NCBI GenBank assembly: GCA_964578605.1
Contig: CAZODO010000014.1
Span: 6,102-70,101 of the forward strand
Length of the DNA stretch: 64,000 bases
Origin: an uncultured Verrucomicrobiota bacterium
GTDB taxonomy: Bacteria > Verrucomicrobiota > Verrucomicrobiia > Limisphaerales > SIBE01
Direction of reading: 5' to 3'
In this document: positions 38,941 through 49,202 of the stretch, piece by piece
Layout: each line of letters starts with the position of its first letter
Position numbering within the stretch: position 1 is the stretch's first letter
The notes under the pieces: model-generated
Told to the model about the DNA's origin: nothing
Seen by the model: the letters and a program-made list of their open reading frames with translations, nothing else
Database searches by the model: none
Translations under genes and position numbers: made by a program

Positions 38941-39028
38941 ATATTCAAGTATTGTTCCACTATGGTCTTACTATTATAAGTTAGTAAAACCATGCTAGAA
39001 TATTAGTTAAATGTTGGTTAAAACCCGT
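38941..39028. repeat. Degenerate AT-rich tract with 11-bp phasing (array E)
   Basis: ttgttccacta / tggtcttacta 11 bp apart. ttagtaaaa (38981), ttagttaaa (39003) and ttggttaaa (39014) are separated by 22 and 11 bp. Confidence 0.45.
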
Positions 39029-39134
39029 TCCGGTCCGTGCCCAAGGCGGTTTCTGTGCGAAACCATTCCCGGGTCACCCCGGACCTCTCACGCGAACCCG
39101 CGAGCACGTGATGGTTGGCGTTTCCCCCGAACTC

Positions 39135-41288
39135 TTACCGGCCGGAAAGCCGGAGCGGATACATCTTGGCGGCTACCTGGCGGCAGGCATCGACGATTTC
39201 GCGGTAAGGCGTATCCGCGACGTCCACAAACCCGATCTGGTAATTCTCCTCGTCGAGGACCCGGCCGGTGGCTGGCTCGTCCTGGTACTGGAACCAGTGG
39301 CATCCCACGAACGACGGATGGCGCAGGGCGCCTTCCACGTAGTCCCGGTAAGCTTGCGCCCGCGCAGCCTGATCCCGCACCGGAACGAGCCCGGTGTGAA
39401 ATAGGCCGCGGTCCAGCGCCCCGAAATGGAACTCGCCAATGATCAAGGGGACATCGGCGCCACCGTTGAATTGGAAATCCGCCACGCTGCGGTAGTACAA
39501 ATTGTAACTGACGATGTCGCAATATTTCGCCGCGGCCGCCGCCGCGAGCGGGTTGACCCAGGCGAAGCGGCAGCCAAGGTAAAGCTGGTTTGGTGCGCGT
39601 TCTTTGATGACTTCGCGCACGGTGCGGAAGTAAGTCTCCGCGGTCCGGGTGTAGAAGTGGACAAGGTCAGGGCGCGCCTTGGCGGGGTCCGGGGTGCTGG
39701 TGCTGTCGAGCATGGCTTCCCATGAGGCGTGCGCGGTTCCCCAGGAGTCGTTAAGCTTGTCGATGGTCCCGTGCTTTTCCTTGAGGCCATCGATCAGGGC
39801 GCTTTTGGCCACCTGGTTTGCCGGGGATTTTAAGGCAGCGAGGGCGAGCGATGTCTCGTCGCCCCAGGACATCTCGTTATCGGCGAAGTACCCGATGCAC
39901 CAGCGATCGTTCGCACTCCGGTTCACCTTGGCGGCCATGCCCTCGCGAAGGCGGGCTTTGAAAGCGGGATCCCAAACGTCCGGGAACTTGCCCCAATAAC
40001 CTTCGCTCCCTTCGATCATGCGCACTCCGTGGGATCCGATGGAATCGACGTAGGGTGTGCGGCGCATGAGGAAGGTGCTTTGATCGGACCACATCCCGAT
40101 GGTGTTCAGTCCCCAGCTGCGGAGACGGCGGTGAATGACCTCCAGGTAGCCCTTCCCGGCGTCGGTCCCATACTTCCGCATCAAGTTGGCACCGGCGAAG
40201 TTGAAGCAGCGGGGTGAACGTCCGGCGTAATGGCCTTTGAGGGTGTTGGCGCGTTCTGCGATGAACGGCTGGAATTCGGGCTGCAGTCCGGGGAACTCCT
40301 CGAACCACGCTTCCCGTTCCTCGATGGGGGTGACGTCCCGCATCCGGACGCAATCGATGCCTTGGGAGAAGAAAAGGCGCCCGTCCGGATCGATCAGCCA
40401 CCATTTGCCCTGGACCTTCTCGGTGCGGAAGAAGCCGGATGCCTTGAGTTGGGGGCCGGCCGCCCAACCGCCGTACTGGTTCCAGTCCGCCGGACCGGAG
40501 TGAGAGTCTAATTCCTTCGCTTCGGACGCGCGGCGCGCCTGGAGATCGGCCACGGAACGGACCTTCCCGGGCCAGTCCTTGTGCTTGTACTGGCCGAAGG
40601 TGTCGATGAACGGGAAGAAAGGGTCGGCATCGCTGATCCAGGCTGTGGGAGGCACATACGAGCCGCGGGCGCGCACCTTATGCAGGTCAAAGGCATAATC
40701 CACCTTGGGATCGCTGACGAAGACGAGCAACTGGGTGATCTTGGCCGGATCAATCGTTCCCGGCCCGCCCTTGGCGACGGGATAGCCGCGCATGCCAAAG
40801 AGTTTTCCGTCCAGCGTGCTATCTGCCGCCCGCCTGAGACGCACCGCGAGTGTGCCCGAACGGCCGGGCTCGACGGTGAGCGACCCGGTCACGCAGTGGT
40901 CCGTTCCGTTTGCCCCCGTGTTGTCGACGCGGCAGGAAACGGTCACGGGGCGGGCGCCGGGGTTGGAAAGGTCCAGGGCCAATTCGTCGAAGGCGCTCAA
41001 GTTCCACATTTCCGCCGGCGCTTTGAGAGTGACGCCCGGCCAGCGCTGGGAATGGCCGGTGTTGACCCGGAGAACCTGGCCCGCCGCGGAGGAAGCCAGG
41101 GACGCTTTGGCGTCAGAAACCGTCATCCGGCTGGTGTCGAAGTCAGCGTCGAAATGGAGCAGATTGAGGGCCGGTTCCGGATCGGCCGGCCAAAGGGAAA
41201 GAGGGCCTTGGAGAGCGATCGCCAGCAGGATCATTGGCGCACGGAGGCCCGGATGGCTCAGCGCGAAACGAGGGAGGGTCAGGTTCAT
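39135..41288 (-). CDS. Secreted TIM-barrel glycoside hydrolase (GH50/GH42-like) with an N-terminal binding-module-like region
   Basis: Signal-like MNLTLPRFALS...LLAIALQ. WGLNTIGMWSD, CIGYFADNEMSWG, LIIGEFHFGALDRG and WFQYQDEPATGR. Start set to ATG 41288, because the longer ORF overlaps the GH32 gene. Confidence 0.55.
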   Translation of the reverse strand: MNLTLPRFALSHPGLRAPMILLAIALQGPLSLWPADPEPALNLLHFDADFDTSRMTVSDAKASLASSAAGQVLRVNTGHSQRWPGVTLKAPAEMWNLSAFDELALDLSNPGARPVTVSCRVDNTGANGTDHCVTGSLTVEPGRSGTLAVRLRRAADSTLDGKLFGMRGYPVAKGGPGTIDPAKITQLLVFVSDPKVDYAFDLHKVRARGSYVPPTAWISDADPFFPFIDTFGQYKHKDWPGKVRSVADLQARRASEAKELDSHSGPADWNQYGGWAAGPQLKASGFFRTEKVQGKWWLIDPDGRLFFSQGIDCVRMRDVTPIEEREAWFEEFPGLQPEFQPFIAERANTLKGHYAGRSPRCFNFAGANLMRKYGTDAGKGYLEVIHRRLRSWGLNTIGMWSDQSTFLMRRTPYVDSIGSHGVRMIEGSEGYWGKFPDVWDPAFKARLREGMAAKVNRSANDRWCIGYFADNEMSWGDETSLALAALKSPANQVAKSALIDGLKEKHGTIDKLNDSWGTAHASWEAMLDSTSTPDPAKARPDLVHFYTRTAETYFRTVREVIKERAPNQLYLGCRFAWVNPLAAAAAAKYCDIVSYNLYYRSVADFQFNGGADVPLIIGEFHFGALDRGLFHTGLVPVRDQAARAQAYRDYVEGALRHPSFVGCHWFQYQDEPATGRVLDEENYQIGFVDVADTPYREIVDACRQVAAKMYPLRLSGR

Positions 41289-41338
41289 GGGCAGATAGGT
41301 CTGTGGTGAGGAGCGAGCGGCATGAGAATGCTTTGCGA

Positions 41339-43498
41339 CTAGCGCCAAATGGATTTCAGCGGGTAAACCAGCACCGAAGCGCGGCGCAGTTCGCCCCAGC
41401 GCGCGAATAAGGCCAGCGGGGGCTTTGCCGGGTCGAGCACGGCGCCCATCGGCATGTAAAGGCTGCCGCCATTCCCGAAGATCTCGATGGAAGTGCGGTC
41501 CACGAGCAATCGCAGGCGAATCTTGCCTTCCACCGGAACCAACGTGGCCTTCGTTCCCAGGCATGACAGTTCCTGGCCGGGCACATTGTAGGTGATGGGG
41601 AGGCCGCGCAGGGCCAGGCCGAACTCGGGAGCCGAACCCGGTTCGAACTCCGCGGTGATATCGAGAAGGTCCGAGGCGACCTCCGGCAAGGGGCGATCCC
41701 CTTCGAACGAAATGGCACTTTGGCGGAACTCGGGGCCGCGCAGGGATTCGATCTCTCTGGCGGGGTTGACGAAGAGCCTTAGGCCTTGGCCAGTTTCGCG
41801 CAGCGTGAGTTCCACCGGGAACGTCATCATCTGGTTGAAGGGCATTCCAGGCAGGTTGATCTGTCCCCAGGCGATCAGGATGCGGCGCCCGTCTTCGGCC
41901 GGGATGCCGTTGTAGGTCTGCGAAGCGTAAAAGCAATTGCCGTTATGGAGCGTGTGCGGGCCGGATTCCGGTGTGAAGGTCTTCCCGTCAAAGCGGCCAA
42001 CCAGGTAGCGGCCGTTGCCCCCGTAGAACACCCAGCGCGTTTCGCCTGGCTTTTCGGCCACGGGCATTTCGAAGAACTCGGGGCACTCGCTGGTCCCGGG
42101 CAGCGTCACGTTGCTCATCCGCTCCCAGCGCCTCAGATCGGGCGAGGAGAAGAGGGCGAAATCGCTTTTGTCCAGGTAAAGGGCCATGATCCATTTCCGC
42201 TCCGGCGCGTGCCAAAAAACTTTGGGATCGCGGTTTTCCGCAACGATATGACCGAGGACCGGGTTGCCATCGAACTTGGTCCAGGTGCGGCCGCGGTCCG
42301 TGCTGAACGCCAGGCACTGGGTGAAGGGTTGCCCTTTGGACTGGTGGCTGGTGCCCCCTGCCGCGGTATAGATGCAGACCAGGGCAGTTTCGCCAGCCTT
42401 GGCGAACCCGGCCGTGTTTGCGGCATCCACGACGGCCGAACCGGAGAACATGGTCCCGAGCTTGTCCGGGTAGAGCGCTTCACCCAACTCCTCCCAGTGC
42501 ACGAGATCGCGGCTGACGGCATGGCCCCAGTGCATGTTTCCCCAGTTCCAGCCATAGGGATTGTGCTGGTAGAAAAGGTGATATTCGCCGTCGTGATAAG
42601 CGAGGCCGTTCGGGTCGTTATTCCAGCCGCGTTTGGACGAGAAATGGAATTGAGGTCGCAACGGCTCCTGGTAGAGGGTTTCCGCGCCCTTGATGGCGTC
42701 GGACGGCTCGATCAGCGCCAGGGCTTTCGAATCCTCGCGGAGCTTGTCCACGATCAGAATGGCGGACTTGCCATGGAAAGGCGCGAGGTCGAGAAAGACC
42801 CAGAAGTCCGGTTCCGCATCCGCAAGTTCGATCTCGAACTCGCGCACGGGCTGGTTCTCGATCGTGAGCGTCACGCGCTTCTTGGGCGCGCCATTCTTGA
42901 CCGGCAGATTCAGCCAGCGTTTTTCGATCTGGATCTCGCGCTTGGCGTCCGCCAGGAAGGCGGGCAGCGGCCGATCCGTCTGCAGGATGTGATCGATATT
43001 GATATGGCCCCACCCGCCAGTCGCGTCGTCGACGATTTGCAACTGGGCCGCCTGTCCGGCCAACGCAGTGACGTCCCACTCCTGCCAATCGAGGTGTTCC
43101 GATCCGCCCGGTTGCGCATTCGGGCCCGTGGCGGTCCGGACAATCTGCCCGCCGACGAGCAGATTCATGCACGTTTTGTCCGGGTGCTTGCCGCCGCCAA
43201 CGAGGAACCGGATGCGCGTGCGTTCGATCTTGAACTGCGGCGAGGTGAGTTTGCCTGTCGAACCGTCGCCGCCATGAAACGAATTCACCAAATGCTTGCC
43301 TTCAAAGCCATCGACAACCATTTGCCCTGGGAGCGTGCCTGCGGCCGGTCCGGGACCGAACGCCGCCCCTTCGGTCTTCCAACCGCCGTAATCTGTGCCT
43401 TCGAAATCCGCGATCAGAAGGTCTTGTGCCGGCCAGGCCCGGCCGGCGAAACACAGAGGAAAAAGAGAAAAAAGAGCGGCAATGGAGGCAGCACGCAT
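41339..43498 (-). CDS. Secreted GH32 fructan/sucrose hydrolase (levanase/inulinase-like) with an N-terminal beta-sandwich module
   Basis: WNNDPNGLAYHDGEYHLFYQHNP, RDPKVFWH and the ECPEFFE motif triad. Signal peptide MRAASIAALFSLFPLCFAG. Confidence 0.9.
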   Translation of the reverse strand: MRAASIAALFSLFPLCFAGRAWPAQDLLIADFEGTDYGGWKTEGAAFGPGPAAGTLPGQMVVDGFEGKHLVNSFHGGDGSTGKLTSPQFKIERTRIRFLVGGGKHPDKTCMNLLVGGQIVRTATGPNAQPGGSEHLDWQEWDVTALAGQAAQLQIVDDATGGWGHINIDHILQTDRPLPAFLADAKREIQIEKRWLNLPVKNGAPKKRVTLTIENQPVREFEIELADAEPDFWVFLDLAPFHGKSAILIVDKLREDSKALALIEPSDAIKGAETLYQEPLRPQFHFSSKRGWNNDPNGLAYHDGEYHLFYQHNPYGWNWGNMHWGHAVSRDLVHWEELGEALYPDKLGTMFSGSAVVDAANTAGFAKAGETALVCIYTAAGGTSHQSKGQPFTQCLAFSTDRGRTWTKFDGNPVLGHIVAENRDPKVFWHAPERKWIMALYLDKSDFALFSSPDLRRWERMSNVTLPGTSECPEFFEMPVAEKPGETRWVFYGGNGRYLVGRFDGKTFTPESGPHTLHNGNCFYASQTYNGIPAEDGRRILIAWGQINLPGMPFNQMMTFPVELTLRETGQGLRLFVNPAREIESLRGPEFRQSAISFEGDRPLPEVASDLLDITAEFEPGSAPEFGLALRGLPITYNVPGQELSCLGTKATLVPVEGKIRLRLLVDRTSIEIFGNGGSLYMPMGAVLDPAKPPLALFARWGELRRASVLVYPLKSIWR

Positions 43499-43681
43499 GA
43501 CCGGATCATGCCGCCCGGCATTAGATCAGTCAATTCCAGCCAGCCGCCAGCCGGCCATTCTATCTGCTGGAAAGCCCGGAACGACTGCTCCAACGATCAG
43601 GATCACCGACCCGGCGCCAATTGCATCCTGTTTGGAATGAGAGCGTTCTCGCCGAGTTCGGTGCATCCGCTGGTTGGGCGT

Positions 43682-44314
<633 letters not shown>

Positions 44315-44755
44315 TCATTTCATTTGCTCCAGAATCTCGACGATAGTCTGAACGCATTGCCGGCAGACTTTGTTGAGTACGTCGTCCGCTTTGGCGCGTC
44401 GTAGTCCTTCTTCGGTGCCGAGGTCGTAGCCCTCGAGGAGTTGACGGCAGAGACAGCTTCCATGTCTGGCCGCAAACCGGTCCATCAGTTCTCTGGTCCT
44501 CACGTATGTTTGTTCCGTGGCGGAGTGACCGCCGGTGCTGCCGCGGCCGTGCCGCAGCCCCAGAACGAGGATTCCCCCGGTGACTGCGCCGCACACTTCC
44601 TGTTTCCTGCCCATGCCAGCGCCCAGGCCGGTGGCGATCTTCAGCGCCAGGTCCTCGCCCAGGCCAACTTCATCGCGGAAGGCATCGAGCACGGCCTGCG
44701 CGCAGTTATACCCGCTCAGGAATCTCGTCGTGGCAACCTCTGTTCTGCTGGTCAT
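44315..44755 (-). CDS. C_GCAxxG_C_C family protein
   Basis: GYNCAQAVL...CGAVTGGILVLG...CRQLL...CRQCV. Confidence 0.75.
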   Translation of the reverse strand: MTSRTEVATTRFLSGYNCAQAVLDAFRDEVGLGEDLALKIATGLGAGMGRKQEVCGAVTGGILVLGLRHGRGSTGGHSATEQTYVRTRELMDRFAARHGSCLCRQLLEGYDLGTEEGLRRAKADDVLNKVCRQCVQTIVEILEQMK

Positions 44756-44791
44756 GGTGTCCTCACTTCCTCCGTCATGGTGTGTGCCTCC

Positions 44792-44821
44792 GGGGTCAGC
44801 CCTGATTTAAGGGCTGACCCC
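44792..44821 (-). terminator. Hairpin downstream of the ydjC-like gene
   Basis: ggggtcagccc-tgatttaa-gggctgacccc, an 11-bp perfect stem 16 bp after the stop at 44837. No clear U-tract. Confidence 0.5.
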
Positions 44822-44836
44822 GAGCGCGTGCGATGT

Positions 44837-45817
44837 TCACCTCCCTGCCATCCGGCGCGCTTTTAGCTCCTTCCAGGTTGTCAGGATGATGCCTTTTTCC
44901 TCGATGGCGCGTTTCACCCTCGGATCGGTCAGGGCTTTAAGATCTTCGCCCCTGGCCGCACTCGAGCCCGTGACGAGGGGGAATTCATCCGTCGGCTTCG
45001 AAGCATGGAAGATAATCTCGGTTACGCCTGGCTTGAGTTCGTCGAACAAGGCGATTAAGCGTTCGACTTTGTCGCCGCGATGCCCGGTGAATTCGGTATA
45101 AAGATCGTCCAGGACTGGCAGGCCGGCGTTCCAGACCCGCTCCGCCCATGCCTCGAGCAGCGCGGCCAGTTGGCGTTCCTCGATCGAAAGGTGCGCGGCT
45201 TTGGGGCTCACGATCAGGATGGGTAGGTTCTTCTCCATTCCGAGCTTCGCGTAACGCTCGAAGAAGTCCGGGCGGGCGAACAAAGTCCCCATGTGCGAGT
45301 CGAGGTGGGTGATGGGGATGTTCAAACGCTCGGCGCGTTCAACTTGGGCGCGCATCTCACGCTCGATCTCGTCGGCGGAAGCCGACCGCGCGACTTGTTG
45401 GACGGACGGCCACAGGCAACCTTCGGCATCCACGAGGCCGGGCACTTGCGATTTGCCTGCCAGGGGTGCCCAGCGGTAGCGCTTCCACTCGGACGTCAGC
45501 GTCAGGTGCACCCCGGCGTCCAATTCCGAATGCGCCTGGAGATGATGCGCCATTTCGGGCACCCACGGACAGGGCATCATGAGGCTAAACGACGTCCCCA
45601 CGCCGTTCGCGGTCGCTTCAATGGCACCCAAATTGGACGAATGCGACATCCCGGCATCGTCAATGTGAAGGATGACCACCACGTCGGCCGGTTTCCATCC
45701 CAGTCGTTCGGCGTAGGTCTGGCTCATGACGTTTTGCGCTCCCAGGCTCGCCACCAGGAGCGCCAGGAGAAGTCCAGATTTGAGACACGCGCCGCGCCAA
45801 ATGGCTATCGATTGCAT
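44837..45817 (-). CDS. YdjC/ChbG-family carbohydrate deacetylase, secreted
   Basis: VVILHIDDAGMSHSSN and THLDSHMG. Start set to ATG 45817, which gives a signal peptide (MQSIAIWRGACLKSGLLLALLVASLGAQ). Confidence 0.7.
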   Translation of the reverse strand: MQSIAIWRGACLKSGLLLALLVASLGAQNVMSQTYAERLGWKPADVVVILHIDDAGMSHSSNLGAIEATANGVGTSFSLMMPCPWVPEMAHHLQAHSELDAGVHLTLTSEWKRYRWAPLAGKSQVPGLVDAEGCLWPSVQQVARSASADEIEREMRAQVERAERLNIPITHLDSHMGTLFARPDFFERYAKLGMEKNLPILIVSPKAAHLSIEERQLAALLEAWAERVWNAGLPVLDDLYTEFTGHRGDKVERLIALFDELKPGVTEIIFHASKPTDEFPLVTGSSAARGEDLKALTDPRVKRAIEEKGIILTTWKELKARRMAGR

Positions 45818-45908
45818 ATGGCCGATTAGACCAGGAAAGACCGGCGTCCGGAAGCAGATTCCCGTGAATCGACGCGCTCTCCCACTCTTCTGCTCCGCCG
45901 CTCCTCCC

Positions 45909-46029
45909 GGTCTTAACACGGTCTTGACACGGTCGTCACCCGGTGATCACCCGGTGATCACCCGATCACGAACGGGTGATCTACGGGTGAACTACGGGTG
46001 AACTACGGGTGAACTACGGGTGAACCCCG
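45909..46029. repeat. Phased 11-bp tandem array C (11 units, 121 bp)
   Basis: ggtcttaacac / ggtcttgacac / ggtcgtcaccc / ggtgatcaccc x2 / gatcacgaacg / ggtgatctacg / ggtgaactacg x3 / ggtgaaccccg. The unit ggtgatcacc is itself a 10-bp palindrome. Confidence 0.95.
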
Positions 46030-46130
46030 TGAGGACCTGGAAAGGAGATCGGCAGCGGCGGTGTGCCAATCGATAACCGGGTGGGGGTCGCGTATCGCCC
46101 GCGTATTGGGGAGGACCACTGCAAGAATCG

Positions 46131-46463
46131 TTAAGGTTTAAGAAGGCAGCAACCCGTTCCGGGATTTCGCGCTGTTTCCGTCGAATTTGCCCAGGCAAAG
46201 GCAGCCTTAAAGCATTCGCGGCCTTGAATATAGCCTGAAACACTATCCACTAACTCGGAGAGGGGCTGTTCCAGAGCGGCGCCCAGGCAGGTCAGGCATC
46301 TTGGCGCGCCGCCCGCTCCCAAGGCGATGCTGGCCAGGACCTGGTGGGCACAGAGGGGTGTCCGGCATGAATGGCATACGGCGGCTTTGGCAGCTTCCAA
46401 GCGCCGGATGAGCGCCAGCGTGTCAGCGGACATGGATTCGGCGCCTGGATCTGACGGTTTCAT
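46131..46463 (-). CDS. Small Cys-rich protein of unknown function, translationally coupled to the LysR gene
   Basis: 110 aa. CHSCRTPLCAH...PRCLTCLG...RECF...GCC. Its ATG overlaps the LysR TGA (ATGA). Confidence 0.5.
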   Translation of the reverse strand: MKPSDPGAESMSADTLALIRRLEAAKAAVCHSCRTPLCAHQVLASIALGAGGAPRCLTCLGAALEQPLSELVDSVSGYIQGRECFKAAFAWANSTETARNPGTGCCLLKP

Positions 46464-47386
46464 CCGGCAAGAATGCTCTTGGCCTGCGACGTGATTGCGA
46501 GCACGGCCGGATGCGCCAGCTTCCGTTCGGCGCTGATGGCGTAAAACTGCTCCCGACAATCCTCTGTGCAGCCGATGACCTCGAATCCATACCGGTTCAC
46601 AGCTTCGGTGGCGACGAGGCTGGGCATGGCCACAACTCCCAGGCCATCCGTGGCGGCCATATTCGTGAAGGCGGCGTCTTCAAACTCAGCCACGACCCGA
46701 GGCCGGATCTTTTCGTTGCGAAACCAATTCTCCAGGGAGCGGCGCAGGGCGTTATTGGCGGTGGGAAGCAGAGATGGCGCGCCGTTTAGACACGCGGGAA
46801 AATCGCCCGCCAGTGTTTTAGCCAAGGACGGGGCAGCGCAGAACGAAAGACCGCACTCGCCGAGCAGGTGGTTAAACGCGTTGACCGAGCTGGGGGCTGG
46901 TTCGTCGGCCAGCACGAGGTCAAGCCGGAATGAAGTGAGCTGTGAAACCAAGTCTGGCGATTTCCCTTCGCGGCAGACAGGCAGGACCAAGTGAGGGGGA
47001 TGGAAAACAGGCTTCAAAACTCTGTAAGCCAATAACTTCGGAAATGAATCGGCGATGCCGATTTGCAGATGAACGGGCCGGCGGCTGGGATGCTGGCGCT
47101 CGCCATCCAGCAATTCCTGGCCGAGTGAGAAGATTTCCTCTGCATAGCTAAACGCGCGATGCCCGGCCTCCGTCAGGACCAGGCCGCGTCCGCTCCGATG
47201 AAAGAGCACCGCACCCAGAGCCTGTTCCAGGTTTTGAACCTGGGCGCTAATGGTGGATTGCGAGACATGCAGGGCCCGGGCCGCTTGCTGGATGCTTCCT
47301 TGGCGCGCGACTTCCCAGAAATAACGCAGATGATGATAATTGAGGAAAGTCACAACAGACACTATTCGGTTTAAGCGAATTGACAA
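46460..47386 (-). CDS. LysR-family transcriptional regulator (NhaR-like N-terminus)
   Basis: LNYHHLRYFWEVARQGSIQQAARALHVSQSTISAQV (wHTH). The start is uncertain (TTG 47386 or GTG 47353). Confidence 0.85.
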   Translation of the reverse strand: MSIRLNRIVSVVTFLNYHHLRYFWEVARQGSIQQAARALHVSQSTISAQVQNLEQALGAVLFHRSGRGLVLTEAGHRAFSYAEEIFSLGQELLDGERQHPSRRPVHLQIGIADSFPKLLAYRVLKPVFHPPHLVLPVCREGKSPDLVSQLTSFRLDLVLADEPAPSSVNAFNHLLGECGLSFCAAPSLAKTLAGDFPACLNGAPSLLPTANNALRRSLENWFRNEKIRPRVVAEFEDAAFTNMAATDGLGVVAMPSLVATEAVNRYGFEVIGCTEDCREQFYAISAERKLAHPAVLAITSQAKSILAG

Positions 47387-47499
47387 TGACGAAAATCGTA
47401 TTAGCCGAAGCTTCCCTTTTGTTGCATTCTAGCGCCGTCAACATCGAGTGGCTGTCGTGCAAACGCCCGCCCGGGGCAGGCGTCACGATCCGCTTCTGT

Positions 47500-48216
47500 A
47501 TGTCAACTGATGCCCGAACAACCTGCGTCCGGCTCCCGTCCCTGCGGAAAGGACGTTCCACGCGCGCGCTGCAGCGGTTTACCCCGCGCCCGTTGTCGGA
47601 AGAGATCGAGGGATTGATCGCTGCCTTCGGCGAGCACCCGGTCACGCTGCGCGAGGTGATGACGGTTTTGCGGGGGCGAGCCTACATTTTGTTGCTTCTC
47701 CTCCTGGCCTTGCCCTTCTGCACTCCCATCCCCCTCCCGGGGCTCTCGACGCCGTTCGGGATTGTGATCGCTTTTCTTGGCTTCCGGTTGGCGCTCAATC
47801 GGAAGCCGTGGCTTCCCAACCGGTTGCTCGACACGGCGTTGCCGGCCGGGTTTTTCTCGCGGATTCTGCGCGGGGCGCGCCGCCTCGTTCGGTGGATGGA
47901 GGCAATGCTGCGTCCCCAATGGCCGCATCTGGTGGACAACCCGGTTCTCCAGAAGACTTACGGCGCCTTGATCATGCTTTGCGGCCTGTTTTTGATGCTC
48001 CCTCTGCCGGTGCCCCTCAGCAATGGGTTTCCGGCGCTGACCGTCGTGCTTCTTGCCGGGGCTAGAATCGAGCGCGACGGACGCTTTGCGCTGGCGGGGT
48101 TGGTCGCCTTTGGCCTGACGGTGTGTTTTTATGGCGCGCTGGCCTGGGGTGGCGTGGAAGGCTTTGCTGCGTTGAGAGAGTGGACTGAAAGTCTGGGATT
48201 GCCTACCGACGAATGA
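47500..48216 (+). CDS. ExoD-family membrane protein
   Basis: VTLREVMTVLRGRAYILLLLLLALPFCTPIPLPGLSTPFGIVIAFLGFRLAL. ATG 47500 chosen, because the track start 47380 overlaps the LysR gene. Confidence 0.6.
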   Translation: MSTDARTTCVRLPSLRKGRSTRALQRFTPRPLSEEIEGLIAAFGEHPVTLREVMTVLRGRAYILLLLLLALPFCTPIPLPGLSTPFGIVIAFLGFRLALNRKPWLPNRLLDTALPAGFFSRILRGARRLVRWMEAMLRPQWPHLVDNPVLQKTYGALIMLCGLFLMLPLPVPLSNGFPALTVVLLAGARIERDGRFALAGLVAFGLTVCFYGALAWGGVEGFAALREWTESLGLPTDE

Positions 48217-49202
48217 CTGATCATTGGTTGCTTTGGGTTGGTTTCGGCATCTTTCTCGTCACCATGCTGGCGCTGGACCTCGGCGTCTTCCATCGGAAAG
48301 CGCACGTCGTCCGGTTTAAAGAAGCGCTCTCCTGGACCGCCGTCTGGGTTTCACTTTCCATGCTGTTCGGCGCCGGGGTGTGGCACTTTTTCGGCCCGCA
48401 GAAAGCCCTGGAATTCTACACGGGCTACCTGATCGAGCTTTCGCTCAGCGCGGACAACGTTTTCGTCTTCGTGATGATCTTCACCTATTTCGCCGTCCCG
48501 GTGCAGTATCAGCACAAGGTGCTTTTCTGGGGTGTGCTGGGGGCGTTGATCATGCGGGTGATCATGATCGCGGTGGGCGTGGCGTTGATCGAGCGGTTCG
48601 TCTGGATCCTTTACATCTTTGGCGCGTTCCTGGTGTTGACCGGTTGGAAGATGGTGTTCAGCCAAGGGGAGGCGGTGCAACCGGATAAGAACCCCGTGGT
48701 GCGATGGTTCACGCGAACGGTGCCTCTCACCTCCCATTATCGCGAGGGCCGGTTCATGGTCCGGGAAAACGGGCGTCTGATGGCGACGCCTCTGTTGGTG
48801 GTGCTGATCTGCGTGGAGGTCAGCGATCTGGTGTTCGCGGTGGACTCGATCCCCGCCATCTTCGCCGTGACGCTCGATCCGTTCATTATCTACACCTCCA
48901 ATGCTTTTGCGGTCATGGGTTTGCGCTCCCTTTACTTTGTCCTGGCAGGCGTGATGAACCGGTTCTGTTACTTGCGTCCGGGGCTCGGGGTTGTGCTTGG
49001 GTTTGTGGGGACTAAAATGCTCCTGGCGCATACGCCCTACAAGATCGATACCTTTGTTTCGCTGGCCGTCGTCGCGGGCGTGTTAACGATCGCCATCGTG
49101 GCGTCCCTGATCCGGACACGCGCCGGGAACCGGCGCGCTTCCTCGGTGGAGACGCCGCCGCACGCTGCCGCGGCCATCGAGCCGTTGCGCGAGAAGCATT
49201 GA
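48213..49202 (+). CDS. TerC/Alx-family integral membrane protein
   Basis: TGYLIELSLSADNVFVF... and ...FAVDSIPAIFAVT (duplicated TerC motifs). ATGA overlap with exoD. Confidence 0.8.
   Translation: MTDHWLLWVGFGIFLVTMLALDLGVFHRKAHVVRFKEALSWTAVWVSLSMLFGAGVWHFFGPQKALEFYTGYLIELSLSADNVFVFVMIFTYFAVPVQYQHKVLFWGVLGALIMRVIMIAVGVALIERFVWILYIFGAFLVLTGWKMVFSQGEAVQPDKNPVVRWFTRTVPLTSHYREGRFMVRENGRLMATPLLVVLICVEVSDLVFAVDSIPAIFAVTLDPFIIYTSNAFAVMGLRSLYFVLAGVMNRFCYLRPGLGVVLGFVGTKMLLAHTPYKIDTFVSLAVVAGVLTIAIVASLIRTRAGNRRASSVETPPHAAAAIEPLREKH

Noticed and set aside
39135-41936. 933-aa version of the GH50-like ORF
   Set aside because: The N-terminal 215 residues are Arg/Pro-rich and overlap the 3' end of the GH32 gene. 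ATG 41288 gives a proper signal peptide 50 bp after the GH32 stop.
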